Shown: positions 24,206-37,045, numbered from the stretch's first letter. The stretch is DNA of 64,000 nt from Paraphysomonas bandaiensis (GCA_965644295.1 CBFFRP010000431.1:248001-312000); one strand, 5' to 3'. Notes: a model not told the origin generated them from the sequence alone. Translations and numbers: made by a program.

Positions 24206-26040
24206 TTACTTCCTATTTCTGGTATGCCCCAAGAGTAGCAACTCCACAGCTGGTTTCATACTTCTCGCCGCATCAGCAGAATTACGTGCTTTGGATACCC
24301 GTCCATTGTCAATGAATGTACATAAAAATTTATCAAATTGCAGCTGAAATCCACTTATAATATACTTCTCGTAAACTGTGGGGTTACAGACACGTGCCGC
24401 CACTCGATATCTTCATGTTTATATTTGGCTTTGGCCATTCGGTCTATACACACTCTTGCAGAACAGTACATGGGTCCAATTGAAAGAGTGCGCTCTGACA
24501 TTGATGCAAATGCTCAATTACACTCACATCCACTTCCGCTTTCCCACTCCAGCAAGGTGAAGTGATGAAAAAGGTTGGTCATGTTCGTCAAGCTGGCAGT
24601 GAAAAGAAAAGGGCATCACGATGGCAGGTCTGTTGTTCAAAGTACATGAATATACGGACGTAATTCCACACGCCTTCCAACTTGCACTTCAGCATTGATG
24701 GCGTTACTATAACTTGCCCAGTATCTGTATCCTTCACTCTTCGGAGAAACTTGATTACAGCAAGGTTTCCATGAGTAGCACTTGCTGCTAACCAAACTCG
24801 TCCGTCTGCTCTCCCATGATAATCCTGCAAAAGAATAAATTTCCGCGCCCTACTCGGTGGGGCTAGGGAAAATTCCAAACCTCTGGACATTAAGCTAGTC
24901 CCATACCAACACTCTTTATCCAACAAAAAACATAAACGCTGCTGGGACAAAAGATGAATATTGCTAGCATCTAGAGCATTCTTCCCATAGTTCATTTTGC
25001 AAAGAACTGACACCAGTGCCTTGTTGGCCAGTAGTCCTGTTGAGTCTTCGGTCTGGCCAGAGTACACTTGGCTTCCATGAAGCACTTGCGCATTAGCACA
25101 TCCGACATCAATATTGTCTGTGCTCAATGTGTATATGAGAAGTCTGTTGCCAACGCTGCAGTGTCACTGTCTGGTAACCAGCAGATTTGCCACTCCTCTA
25201 AATCGGTCAAAATACCGAATACATGTCGTAGCCCATGAAGGCTCCGTATGTGTAACATGTAGTCGAACAGCTGACCTTTGACCTTGGGATTCTGGAAAGT
25301 GGACTCCTTTGCCTTACTCTTTCTTGGCATTTTTATTTGAACAGCCCCGACAGGAGGGTACCTATTGCAGCAAATAATCTAAATGTCCGCTTTCAAGGAG
25401 GAAATTTCGAGCTCGCGTCGAAATGCTAATTCCCCTTTAAGGTTTGCAACTGCGAACATGTCAAGAATGACATTGTTAACACAAGATATTATGGATAATT
25501 TGAACTTGATGTCCACATTCATGAGGTGGATGTCCAGATCCACCACACATGAAACATCCATCATCAAGCAACAACACTGTTTACCATACTCTGTTAGAAT
25601 TCTGACTGTACTCTGCGCTGTTTATTCTTTCACAAGGGATGGTTGCACCAAAGTGCTTGCAGCAATGCACAAGCAGTCCCGAGACAACTGAGCATTTCGT
25701 AAAATCTGTGTTACCACTAGTCTAGAGTAGTAGATAGATAAATGCAATAAGTTCTCTCATGTAATAATCAGATATTATTATATTATGTTTATTCTTTCCT
25801 TTCCACCTCATCTGTGAGATTTTGAGATCCTACGAGTACGTTACCTCGTCAATGATCAGATTCCAATGTATTTCACGTGTCGAACTCTCCTGCGGTAAAC
25901 CCTTTGCTTGGTCGTATCTTCTTCTTATAGTGATCATTTCATTGAATAAAATGTCACCTTTTAAGTACAGGTTAGTATATAGCTGCTCCAGATCCTTCCT
26001 CTTGTTTTCAGCGCAGTCTGCAGCTTGTATTTCTTGAAAT
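24206..26040 (-). pseudogene. Crinkler-like effector pseudogene: PD-(D/E)xK REase-like domain plus divergent kinase-like (DUF5898-like) domain
   Basis: ADI*(W)..PVGAVQIKMP..GQLFDYMLHIRSLHGLRHVFGILTDLEEWQICWLPD (REase-like); GRADGRVWLA..LAVIKF; KHEDIEWRHV (catalytic loop); FIDNG. Contains an in-frame TAG and several frameshifts. The 5' boundary is approximate. Confidence 0.72.
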
Positions 26041-26812
26041 GTCAGTTGTATACTAATCTATACTAAAAGTTGATATCTTTTGTAATGAAATGATTATCAT
26101 GAAATAAAATAATTATGTACTTTGGCTCTCTGTGTTGTTGTGGCTTTGTGGAAATAATTAGTTGAAGACACGCACCCAGCAAATAATATAAAAAAGTTTT
26201 AAAAAACGGCTTCTTTTCTTTAAGATATGATAAAGAAATGATTAAAATTATTATATACTGTTGTTGAATCTAAACTCCATGCATGTATCACCTGTCGATA
26301 TACTATTAATAGAATTAAACCATTTTAATAGTATTAATTAATTGAACATTTTAGTTGTTGTGACTGCTTCAGTAAATAAAGTTGAATCTATATATTCCAT
26401 CATCAGCGCCTAATATACTAATATATAGCAGGCTTTCATTGTTCTCTCTTGTCCTGTATCTATTTCTTGTGTTTGTATAAATGTTAAACGGATTTTAAAA
26501 GGCAATTCTATTATCACCCTTTCACCATCTATTAATTGTGATACGAAATGTCTGGAAGGTTTACCAAGAAAGTCTCTCATCATTTACATTACTCCTAATG
26601 AAAAATGCAAGCATGATATGAGTCACGAGTCACCGTAAAAAGTAATTCTAATCCGTTGCTACAACGAAAGTCAAAATCTATCTGCACCTAAATTCTACTG
26701 CATGATTATATAATTTTACATGTTCACAGCGCTAAGGACAAGGGCTACAGTAGTATACAGAACCTAAACCTGTGTTGAACATATCATTATTTGAGAAGCT
26801 CCCCATAGTTCA

Positions 26813-27893
26813 TTACTTATGCAGTAAACTGTCCAGTGCATCCACACCGCCCACGTCCTGTACAAAACACTTACAAAGAATAGATTACGATTGCCACAAA
26901 AACCTCAGTATGCTTCGAATCAGGAAGAGAATCTGATATATCCAACAGCTCATCCACGATTTCAGTGAAATCGGGTCGCTCTCGGCCGTTTTGCTCCCTA
27001 TAACATATACTCTGTCAGACGACATTCGATTGCAACGTTGGTTAATCGGCTTACCAGGCTCGTTGGATAAGTCGAGAACATCGAGGTGAAATCGTTGCTG
27101 GTATGCGTGGTCGGGATCCACCCATCACTTTTTGTCGAATATCCATAATCTCCTGCATGTAGAATGGTACTTCGCCAGAAAGAATTTCCCAGAAGAGAAT
27201 GGCGAATGCATAGACATCTACAGACTTGTTATATGATTTATTCTGAAATAATTCGGGTGCCATATAGGCTGGAGTTCCAGCTTGGGTGTTGACATTTTTC
27301 ACAAGCCCGAAATCGCATATTTTAGCGGCACCATTGAATGCTATTAACACATTGAGAGATTTCAAGTCTCTATGAATTATGACGGGTTTAAGAGAGTGAA
27401 GGTACTCCATTGCTGAAGCAACGTCCAGCTATAAAGTATCATTATACAGGAATAGAACAGCGGCTATATTGCACATACCGCAATTCTTATGCAATCACTT
27501 TCAGAGTAATTGACGCGATCAACATGAAGCAAATGATACAGAGAGTCTTGGCAAAGTTCCATCACAAAACAGAGATTCGGAGGAACCATACAAGCTCCAA
27601 GAAATGACACAATATTTGAATGATTTAATTTGCTCATCACAAGTAATTCATCTAGATATTCTTGTTTTAATTTCTCATCTACTCTATAAAAACAATAGTA
27701 TTATAAATCATATGATAGTATCTCATATATATATATACCTTGGATCAAATAGAGTTTTTAATGCAACTGGTTTATCTTGAAACCATCCCTTATATATCAC
27801 ACCTACACCACCTCCACCAATACGTTCCCCTAATTCAATATCACGATCAAAATCAAGATGATTCCATCCATCATCATCTTTTCCTTCTCCCAT
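26813..27893 (-). CDS. TKL-group protein kinase
   Basis: IGGGGVGVIYKG, VALK, HRDLKSLNVL, DFG, GTPAYMAPE, DVYAF, RERPDF. Four short introns. Confidence 0.95.
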
Positions 27894-28510
27894 AATGAAT
27901 AATTTTATATGATGTTATGATATATCCACAGTGTGATAGAGTTTCTTCTTCTTTGTTTAAACTGAAGACTCCACTGTGATAATATGCAGTGGTTTCTATA
28001 CATACAGCAGTACATATACATACATATAGATAGCTATACTGCTGTATACCTATACGAGCCCACAACAGTAAAATTCGAATACTGTGTACGTTTATATATA
28101 CAGAGTATACGGTACAATAATACTACACTGCTGTATTCTGGTATTTTCATTGTACATTGTACTGTTTGGTGTATTTATATCATATATTTTTTATAGAAAA
28201 ACACTTGTTTTTATTGCACAATCCAACTATTGGATAGTATACTTAATCTCTATGATATGATTGGATAAATATATCTGTATTTGAATGTAGTTGAATATTT
28301 ATGTTCGACTTGAACTGAAGTTCAAGAAGTTGAAGAAGTTAATTGACCCAATCAACTCCCCTGAACATACACTTCTCTCCACACTATCAGATACGTGCTT
28401 AATTAACACAACACACACATATATATATATACATACACAGTAACTCACTATACTCACATTACTATCTACTTAAACATCACTTAAACATCACTTAAACATC
28501 ACTTCTTATC

Positions 28511-29101
28511 ATGTCACTCTTTCTCAAACAAACAAGATTCATATCCCCTATCATCTCTACCCCTATTCATCGCTCCTTAACCACTATACGAGACAATATA
28601 CTCGACTTTAAGATACATAACTTAACATCTGTTGATTTCCAACTACATAATCATCATGTAACAAAAGGAATGCAATTTAGTGGTATTCATCCTTATCATC
28701 ATCATAGTTTAAAGGTTCGATCACAGTGTTGTGAGTCAAAGGAGGTAGCTCATTGGTTTAATGATAAGGTTCATATGGGTGCAGCTGTAGCTATAAATAT
28801 ACCATCAGATTATATATTACCAACACGTTTAAACTTTGCTATCCATGGAAACCTCATTCTCACTATCGATGATAATGAATATACTTTGAATGATATCGTG
28901 ATTGGCCATGGGACTCATCTCGGCACTCATTGGTGGATTGGAGGCAATGGAAAACACTACAAACGTTCGACTATTTACGATTCAGCAGGAAATAGACCCG
29001 CGCTTCGTTGTCACCTGGACTCCAACAATGCAGAACTTATCTTCACTGCCTGCACGAAGAGTATTCCAAATGGGATCGCTGCAATTTTGATCAAAGACTA
29101 A
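28511..29101 (+). CDS. Intronless hypothetical protein with probable mitochondrial presequence
   Basis: 196-aa ORF after a G-poor leader. N-terminal 27 aa are rich in R/S/T/L and lack acidic residues. Beta-rich core with LNFAIHG and HWWIGG. Confidence 0.7.
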   Translation: MSLFLKQTRFISPIISTPIHRSLTTIRDNILDFKIHNLTSVDFQLHNHHVTKGMQFSGIHPYHHHSLKVRSQCCESKEVAHWFNDKVHMGAAVAINIPSDYILPTRLNFAIHGNLILTIDDNEYTLNDIVIGHGTHLGTHWWIGGNGKHYKRSTIYDSAGNRPALRCHLDSNNAELIFTACTKSIPNGIAAILIKD

Positions 29102-29619
29102 AGTTATACACTAATGTTAAATCTTCTTTTTATGAGAACTTGCTGGTGTTGATAAAGAGACGTAATAAATATCTATTGAAAAATTAAACATCGCTATGTA
29201 CAGATTATCAATTTACATATACCTCTTAACCTGTTTGCAATCTTCACAGATGGATATCATTTTTCATATTTTTACTCATGCAGTACCTTAAGTAAGTAGA
29301 AATTAGTCATTGCGTAGCTATAATATTTTGTGTTCATACTCTGCGAGCGCGCAACTTAAAAGTATTACAGGCCTTAAAAAAGTATCTCAAGGTGAATGCT
29401 ATACGACATACCTAGCCCATCTCGTCTTTTTCGAACTTAAATTTGTAATATATGGCGAGGCTGTTCATGCACTTGACGAGATTGTTACATCAAAATTGAA
29501 GTTGTTAAAGTAGTAGTAGTGTATACATGCACAAAATTCGATAACTTGAAACATTAAAACTCGAAAATTATTAACAATAAAATAAATATAAAGTACCGAA
29601 ACGTTTCGTATACATCCAC

Positions 29620-32591
29620 TCATAAATTATCATTCCATGCCTCTTTTAATGACGATATTATATCTGTTGTCACATCAGACATGGTATTCTTCTTCGTTTT
29701 ATTCCAACTGTCTTGCGAAAAGTTATATGATGATTGAGAAAATATATCCTGGCTAAGCGAATCCTCAACATTGACATCTGGCGACTGCATTGGCCAATGA
29801 AGTTGCTTAATCCTATACACTATTAAATGCGGTAACAGGCATGTTGGTTTATTGCAACATGTCATTACTTCCCTAGCTTGTGAATACAAGTGAACACCAT
29901 GCGCAACTGCACTCCAACAGTCCATTGAATCTGATATACTTTCTGGAATAATGTGGCATGTACATCTCTCTCCTTTAACGTGGCTGCGGGAATTACTTGT
30001 GAACCTTTCGTCAACCACAACACGGAATCCGTCGGAGGATCCATAAATCAAATCCATAGAGTACTGTAACAAATAAGGCTCAACATCCACTAATGTTCCA
30101 GTAGAGCACTCTATATCTAACATTTTCCTTAGTACCTTCAAGAAACACTTATCGTTACGTCAGCAGCACTTATATGTTTTATTACCTCAACATCGAATTC
30201 AGCTGAAATATTATCCGAAAGAAAGTGCCATATCTCAAACAGTGTCATTGTCGACACCGAACGGAGGCGGTTTTGAATTTTGGATGCAAAAGGTTGAAAA
30301 CTATTCTTCAGCTCGTCTACGCTGTCGATCACCAGAGGACGTTTACTAACTGCAACAAACTAAAATGGTTGCAAGACAAAAAACGTTCATATACCTATTA
30401 TTTTTCCACGTGTCTTCTTTCCAGGAGGCATATCAACAACGGATAAATCATCAAGATCTATCTTTAATAGTGTAAACCTAAAGCAATAACAAAATTAGAT
30501 TTAGAACTAACTACTGTAAAAGGTTACTTTTTAAGGTCACTTTCACGAATTACTGGGCTGAAATTCGAAGCTCCAAGTGGATACACGTTCTTGTCTCTAT
30601 CTTCATCGCACACAGGGTCCCCAATCCCCATGCCAAATAGTAGTTTGTCCTTATTTTTTCCATCAGCATACGCTTGCTCGGTAAACGCCGGGCATCGAAC
30701 ACCAAGTGGAAGACTGACATAAACACGCATTACATGTTGCGAAATATACGTATACATATATATAATATGTGACAACACATCTGGTGGGCAGAGTACACAT
30801 ATACGTGTATCATACTCAATTTGGACAGGCGCTTTGTAGGGGTGCTCCCGAGGAACTTCTACAATATGTTGTGCATACACATCTCCAGTGTCGGATTGCT
30901 GAATCAACATGAATGCTTCACCCCTTTGGTCGTTACGAGCTTCGGATTGGCGTCGAGTGTGTGGTGATGACTGAGAATATGAATCCACAACATCCTTACT
31001 GTATGTTCCTTCCGATACTCTAACCATATCCATTCCACGCAAAGTAAAATCGCTGGACCTGTCAATAACAGGATATCCAGTGATATCCCACGACACACAC
31101 CCGTCCTGTATTGTTGCAAATCATAAAAATATATCACTCATAAACCGAAAACTCACTATTCCAGATTCCGAAGAGGCACACAATAATCTCGATATATTGA
31201 CTGTACTATCAGTATGTGTTTTCTCTGAGTCCCATGAGGAGAAAGCGTGGGCAAATATATGCTTACTCCGTGCCCCACCACTGACGAATATATCTAGTTA
31301 TATACAAGTCAGACATATATACGATGCACATTACGAGTATGAATGTTAACAATACAGAGAATTTTCCTATTTAACCGACATGGTCTAAGCGATGAGTGAA
31401 CAGTATGTTCAACTTAAACAATGCAGGGTACCATACTTGTATCAGAGCATATCCCAGCGTTTAAGTCCCCGCGAAACATGTGTGGCTCATCTGCTACTGG
31501 GCGCTGTGTCACGGACCCTTTGGTGTACCTAGCATCCATTAACAGAATTGAATCTCGTACACCAACAAAAAACAAGTTTGGGTTTCCAGAAGACAATGCA
31601 TGAAGAGATAGAACGCTAAACGGGGATTCAAAGAGGATATTGGATGATCCACTTGCACGGAGGTCTCTAGAGAATACCATACTATCGCGGGACAGATAGG
31701 ACACTTGTGGGTGTAGGGTGGTCTCTACATTAATAGGTACGAAATCAGACACTCCATTTGATGCACTTGATGAATCATTACGAAACACAGAACCATTCGA
31801 AGCTGCTTGTATGCCTTCCGTGGACGACAATGTGAACATCTCTTCTGTGCATTTGTTTATCACCAAGCCATGCGACCACGCACTTTTAGATCCCGACATA
31901 CAGGCAATTTCCCATCCCGTTTCCCATTTCTGTACAGGCTCTAAAATTACAGCAGGGGGCTCAAATTCATACATTACACGAGGAATTCTACTTGGTAAAT
32001 GATCTGTAAGTTCCAAGGACTTCAAGTGAAATATTTCGGAACTAGTTCGGGCAAGTATTTCCGAAGATGTATTAAAAGACCCAGTTCCAAAACGCTCCAG
32101 CTGCTGAATACTTGCATTTCCAGTAGGTAGTATAAAGCCTGGGGAATCATTTTCTGCAGCAGGAATTAAACTACTGACGTTTCTGACTATCAACTCAGTT
32201 AAGCCCTCTCCAGCAGCGTGTACCACATAAGATCGACACTCATGATGAAACCCTATCATAAATATTACATAATCATACCTTTTAAGATAATTATATTACC
32301 TAATACTGTATTACGACTGCTGTATACTTCCATTATACTCCTCTTCTTATCTAATAGTGTATCTTCTAGTATGCAATCTTGTAGTATATCTCCAGGTACA
32401 GGGATATCACTCACACATTGTTTATAATACAGTGTTTTATTTAATGCAATTGATTGAAATTGATGTTTTTTTGTTAAAGTTTGATTAATATGATCACTGT
32501 ATGTATGACCATGTTTATTACGATACACTGCAAATGGAGGGCTACTTGGCTCTAGCCTGAGGTTACATAGAGGACCGAAGTAGAATGTCAT
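29620..32591 (-). CDS. Probable TAF1C/Rrn6-like RNA polymerase I promoter factor subunit (multi-exon)
   Basis: Successive minus-strand exons with beta-propeller-like segments (HPQVSYLS..FSRDLR, ILLMDARY) and MLIQQSDTGDVYAQ, which resembles the TAF1C FQLSxxGDVFYQ motif. Confidence 0.55.
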
Positions 32592-34032
32592 AGGGTGATG
32601 ATTAAGGGTTAGTTGATCATAAGGATAGAGAGAGTTTGTTGGTGTGATAATGTATGAACCTGAGGAGGTTAGAATAATAATACATGTACACTCAATTCAA
32701 TATGAACTCACAACACTGTCCACCTGTACATCCATACATACACAGTATTGTACATCCAGCACACATACATACACTCACGATATAATGCGATGAGGGGCCT
32801 GCGAAAGGAAATCGCGATATAGTGTAGGTTTTTTTAGAGAGAAAAGTGGCAGTATTAACTTAAAATCGCCGCTTTTTACTATTAAAACTCACCTATTGAG
32901 TTTTCTATGGTGACGCTGTTACTCACATTAAGAATCATCCAGTAAGTTCGTTAAGTTGCATACACCTGACGTTATAAATATAATCGTATGCTCACATACA
33001 TGTAGTGTATAAACGAGCACACGATAGAGTTGTGCAGCTTCTTTCGTATTACATCTCGCACACCTGCTGCAGATAAACTGTGATGTTTTGTAAATAACTG
33101 TTGCTGCAGAAGTATGAATACAGTTTCAGAATGAACGTATGAACTTTAACTAGCTCCATGCTCCATTCATTATGCACCGCATATGATTATGTGTAGAACC
33201 TAATATATACGCACCCCGATCTCCGATTATACCTTGCCAGTATCAAATTGATGGTATTAAAAATATCTCAATTAATTGAAGCAGGTTGTAGGCAATAAGA
33301 ACAACCCTAAGGTTAATGCTAGGAGGACTTCATCCCTCCTTTATCAGTGCTAGTGAGGAGCAGATAAGAGCTATAGGCATTGCTTTCGGTTTGAATGAAA
33401 CAGACTTAGAGATCTTAGAATCACAGATATGATGTTGTCTATTGTTCTCTTAAATCGATGAAGAAAAGTTCACACCTGATACCTGGCCAAGTAGTCTACA
33501 CCTGATTTATATTTAGCGGTATATTTATTTTTGTAACTATAGTCCTGATTATAGAGGGCGTTTCTTACTGAGATATTAAAATTACACACTTTTACAATAT
33601 AAAATAACATTCGAATTATACAATGGGTTTCGTATGAACCAAAATTCGAAATTTGCATAAATTTGATGTTAAAATAGCTCAGAGCGATACATCGCAACGG
33701 CAAAAGCGCATACTAAACAACTAAAATCACAACTGAAAAATAACGACAGCACATGTTGTTACCAATCGGAAACTAGTATTCACCAAAAACTCTTCCTTCT
33801 ATGAAACGTAGTGTAATGGTAGAGGAAAAGAAGGGAAACTATGCAGAGTACAGGGACCCCTTGATTCATCGTTGATGTGTTCTGTGTGTATATGTTTTCT
33901 AAAAACAGGACAAATGGCTTGTCCGCATATGAATCAGACATGTCCAGAAAACACGGTGATAGTTTCTGTCAATGAAGCCGATTCAGAATACCCAAGGCCT
34001 CAGAAGAAGTAACAGTACTGCAAGTCAGTTCA

Positions 34033-35004
34033 CTAAGAACATGGAAATGGAGGGTCTTGAGTTCGAAGCCACGTATCAACATCCAAGTTCCCGCATCGTG
34101 AAGCAGCAATAGAAGTCTTTACATCCCATGGACATGGAGGATCCTGTGATCTAAGCCACTTCAGAACATCCAACTGCCCCCATAGTGCAGCAGCCTTGCA
34201 AGTCTTCTCATCCCATGGACATGGAGGATCCTGTGATCGAAGCCACTTCAGAATATCCCAGTGTCTACTTTTTGCAGCTACCATGCTAGTATATACATCC
34301 CATGGACATGGAGGGTCCTGTGATCGAAGCCACTTCACAACATCCATGTGCCCACCGTGTTCAGCAGCCTTGCAAGTCTTCTCATCCCATGGACATGGAG
34401 GATCCTGTAAACGAAGCCACTGCAGTACATCCAAGTGACCACCTCCTGAAGCTGCCCTGCAAGTCGACTCATCCCATGGACATGGAGGGCCTCGTTAACG
34501 AAGCCACTTCAGAACCTTCAAGTGCCCAGAGGCTGCTGTAACCTCACAAGTTCTTTCACCCCATGGACATAGAGGATCCTGTGATCGAAGCCACTTCAGA
34601 ACATTCAAGTGCCCAAAGGCTGCAGTAGCATTGCAAATCTCTGCATCCGACGGACATGGAGGATCCTGTGAGCAAAGCCCCTTCAGAACATTCAAGTGCC
34701 CACTGTCTGTAGCAGCTTCACAAGTATCTGCGTCCCATGGACATGGACATGGACATGGACATGGAGAATCCTGTGAGTGTATCGTACGCTGCATAATGGT
34801 ATTCTTCATATGTTTCATTTGCTGTAGTCTGCCATCCAGTGCACATCTATACATTAGCAGACTGTGTGGGCAGCCCATAGACAGAGCCCATGAGACTATT
34901 GAGTTCGTCATACAATAGTGAGATACATGTGACGTAACTCTCTCTGTCCTCTTATCTCTCGTATTATCAGCCATCTCACTCATTGCAACAAAATGAATTG
35001 TCAT
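34033..35004 (-). pseudogene. Truncated paralog of the F-box/ankyrin-like CPWD-repeat gene
   Basis: Near-identical to 35293-36639 from MADNTRD onward. Lacks the F-box N-terminus and has an in-frame TAA at 34495-34497 (KWLR*RGPPCPWD). Confidence 0.85.
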
Positions 35005-35115
35005 TTGTTTTATTAATGTTAATCAGGAAGCGCTATTTCTTTTTCCAGCAAGCAAGCTACTAATAGCTATGAAATCTAATATTAAATTTTCAACATCATG
35101 AGGATAAGCTACAAT

Positions 35116-35224
35116 TTAACCTAGGGATAGGAATTATCGTCCCTTGTCTAAATTTTAAAACTCGGGCTTTTTGTCCTCGTTTAAATTTTGAGCGGGGGAC
35201 GATATAGCCTCCCTACTTGGTTAA
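35116..35224. repeat. Imperfect ~45-bp-arm hairpin (MITE-like)
   Basis: ttaacctagggataggaattatcgtccc...aaatttt pairs imperfectly with aaattttgagcgggggacgatatagcctccctacttggttaa. Confidence 0.5.
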
Positions 35225-35292
35225 AAATAACTAAGTTAAGCATTAATGGCCATTATAATTGCCGGAACATTTTCATTAAAGCCATTATAATT

Positions 35293-36639
35293 TCAGGGAA
35301 GTGGGCTCTGTAGCACACAACTCAGAAGAAATGCATCTGAAATGTCTTGTGAATGAAGCCACTTCAGCACATCCCAGTGTCCCTTTTGTTTAGCAAGCCT
35401 GCAAGTATATACATCCCATGGACAAGGAGGCTCCTGTGATCGAAGCCACTTCAGAACATTCAAGTGCCCAGCTTTTGCTGCCTCCATGCAACTTCCTGCA
35501 TCCCATGGATATGGAGGGACCTGTAAACGAAGCCACTTCAGTACATCCAAGTGACCACCTTCTGCAGCAGCCGCACAAATTCCTGCATCCCATAGACATG
35601 GAGGGTCCTGTAAACGAAGCCACTCCAGTATATTCAAGTGACCACTTCGTGCAGCATACCGCCAAGTAAATTCATTCCATGGACAGGGAGGATCCTGCGA
35701 ACGAAGCCACTTCAGTATATCCAAGTGTCCCTTTTCTGCAGCTACCATGCTAGTATATACATCCCATGGACATGGAGGGACCTGTGAACGAAGCCACTTC
35801 AGAACATCCAAGTGTCCCCATTGTGCAGCTACCATGCTAGTATATACATCCCATGGACATGGAGGGACCTGTGATCGAAGCCACTTCAAGATATCCAAGT
35901 GCCCACCTCCTACAGCACCATTGCAAGTCTTCTCATCCCATGGACATGGAGGGTCCTGTGATCGAAGCCACTTCAGAACATCCAACTGCCCAAAGCCTGC
36001 AGCAGCCTCGCAACTTCCGGCATCCCATGGACATGGAGGCTTTCGTGAACGAAGCCACTTCAGTACATTCAAGTGTCCACTTCCTGCAGCAGTTTCACAA
36101 GTATATAGATCCCATGGACATGGAGGCTTTCGTGAACGAAGCCACTTCAGTACATTCAAGTGCCCACTGTCTGCAGCAGCTTCACAAGTATATGCATCCC
36201 ATGGACAGGGAGGGACCTGTGAACGAAGCCACTTCAGTATATCCAAGTGCCCACCTTCTGCTGCAGCTTCACAAGTATCTGCGTCCCATGGACATGGGCA
36301 TGGAGAATCCCGTGAGTGTATCGTACGGTGCATAATGGTATTCTTCATACGTTTCATTTGCTGTAGTCTGCCATCCAGTGCACATCTATACATTAGCAGA
36401 CTGTGTGGGCAGCCCATAGACAGAGCCCATGAGACCATTGAGTTCGTCATACAATAGTGAGATACATGTGACGTAACTCTCTCTGTCCTGTTATCTCTCG
36501 TGTTATCAGCCATATCGTGAAATCTCTTACAAGTCATCATCACGGGAAGGATTGCTGCGTGTGGGATCATAGAGATGATGACACGAATCACATCATCGTT
36601 AAGAACAGATATATTCGACATATACGAACACTGATTCAT
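35293..36639 (-). CDS. F-box-like domain plus ankyrin-like repeat protein (29-aa GHLxxLKWLRSQxPPCPWD repeats), intronless
   Basis: N-terminal LNDDVIRVIISMIP..ILPVMMTCKRFH (F-box-like), followed by ~11 tandem 87-bp repeats. Confidence 0.88.
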   Translation of the reverse strand: MNQCSYMSNISVLNDDVIRVIISMIPHAAILPVMMTCKRFHDMADNTRDNRTERVTSHVSHYCMTNSMVSWALSMGCPHSLLMYRCALDGRLQQMKRMKNTIMHRTIHSRDSPCPCPWDADTCEAAAEGGHLDILKWLRSQVPPCPWDAYTCEAAADSGHLNVLKWLRSRKPPCPWDLYTCETAAGSGHLNVLKWLRSRKPPCPWDAGSCEAAAGFGQLDVLKWLRSQDPPCPWDEKTCNGAVGGGHLDILKWLRSQVPPCPWDVYTSMVAAQWGHLDVLKWLRSQVPPCPWDVYTSMVAAEKGHLDILKWLRSQDPPCPWNEFTWRYAARSGHLNILEWLRLQDPPCLWDAGICAAAAEGGHLDVLKWLRLQVPPYPWDAGSCMEAAKAGHLNVLKWLRSQEPPCPWDVYTCRLAKQKGHWDVLKWLHSQDISDAFLLSCVLQSPLP

Positions 36640-36901
36640 TGATTTGATGACGCTAATAGAGTGCTTATACAGAAGATAGTCAGGTGGAGTTCATATAAGC
36701 ATATGGATATGTACAGCATGTATCTGCACTCTGTACATGAGCATATCAATCTAATAATGGAAGGAAACACTCTGCCTTTGAATAGGCAGCTGCACAGAAT
36801 ATCCTCTAGATGGTATCTAGAAATAGGGAGTATTGTGCAAAATACAGAGTTTTCGAAGTGGAAATCTCACTGCAATGAGGACATACAGTGTACATCGCAT
36901 T

Positions 36902-37045
36902 GGCAGACTGCATCATATTTTTCGTAAATAAATTGAAGCAAAAATCCTCTATATTACTGATACACAACTACGACTGGAATACAGATAATTGTTGTTTCAA
37001 TATTAGAGGCATCTTTGAACAAAAATATACAAAGGATGCAGATTC
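36902..37045. repeat. Dispersed ~140-bp double-hairpin element, copy 2
   Basis: About 8 differences over ~110 bp relative to copy 3 (52850-52959), counted by eye. Confidence 0.9.

Noticed and set aside
32253-32278. Possible 26-nt micro-intron in the TAF1C-like gene
   Set aside because: An alternative in-frame donor at 32299 gives a 47-nt intron that matches the 43-51 nt class seen elsewhere.
34495-34497. In-frame TAA (and TAG at 25379-25381) as evidence of stop-codon reassignment
   Set aside because: Both lie in genes with other lesions (truncation, frameshifts). Conserved genes here terminate normally at TAA/TAG/TGA and have no internal stops.
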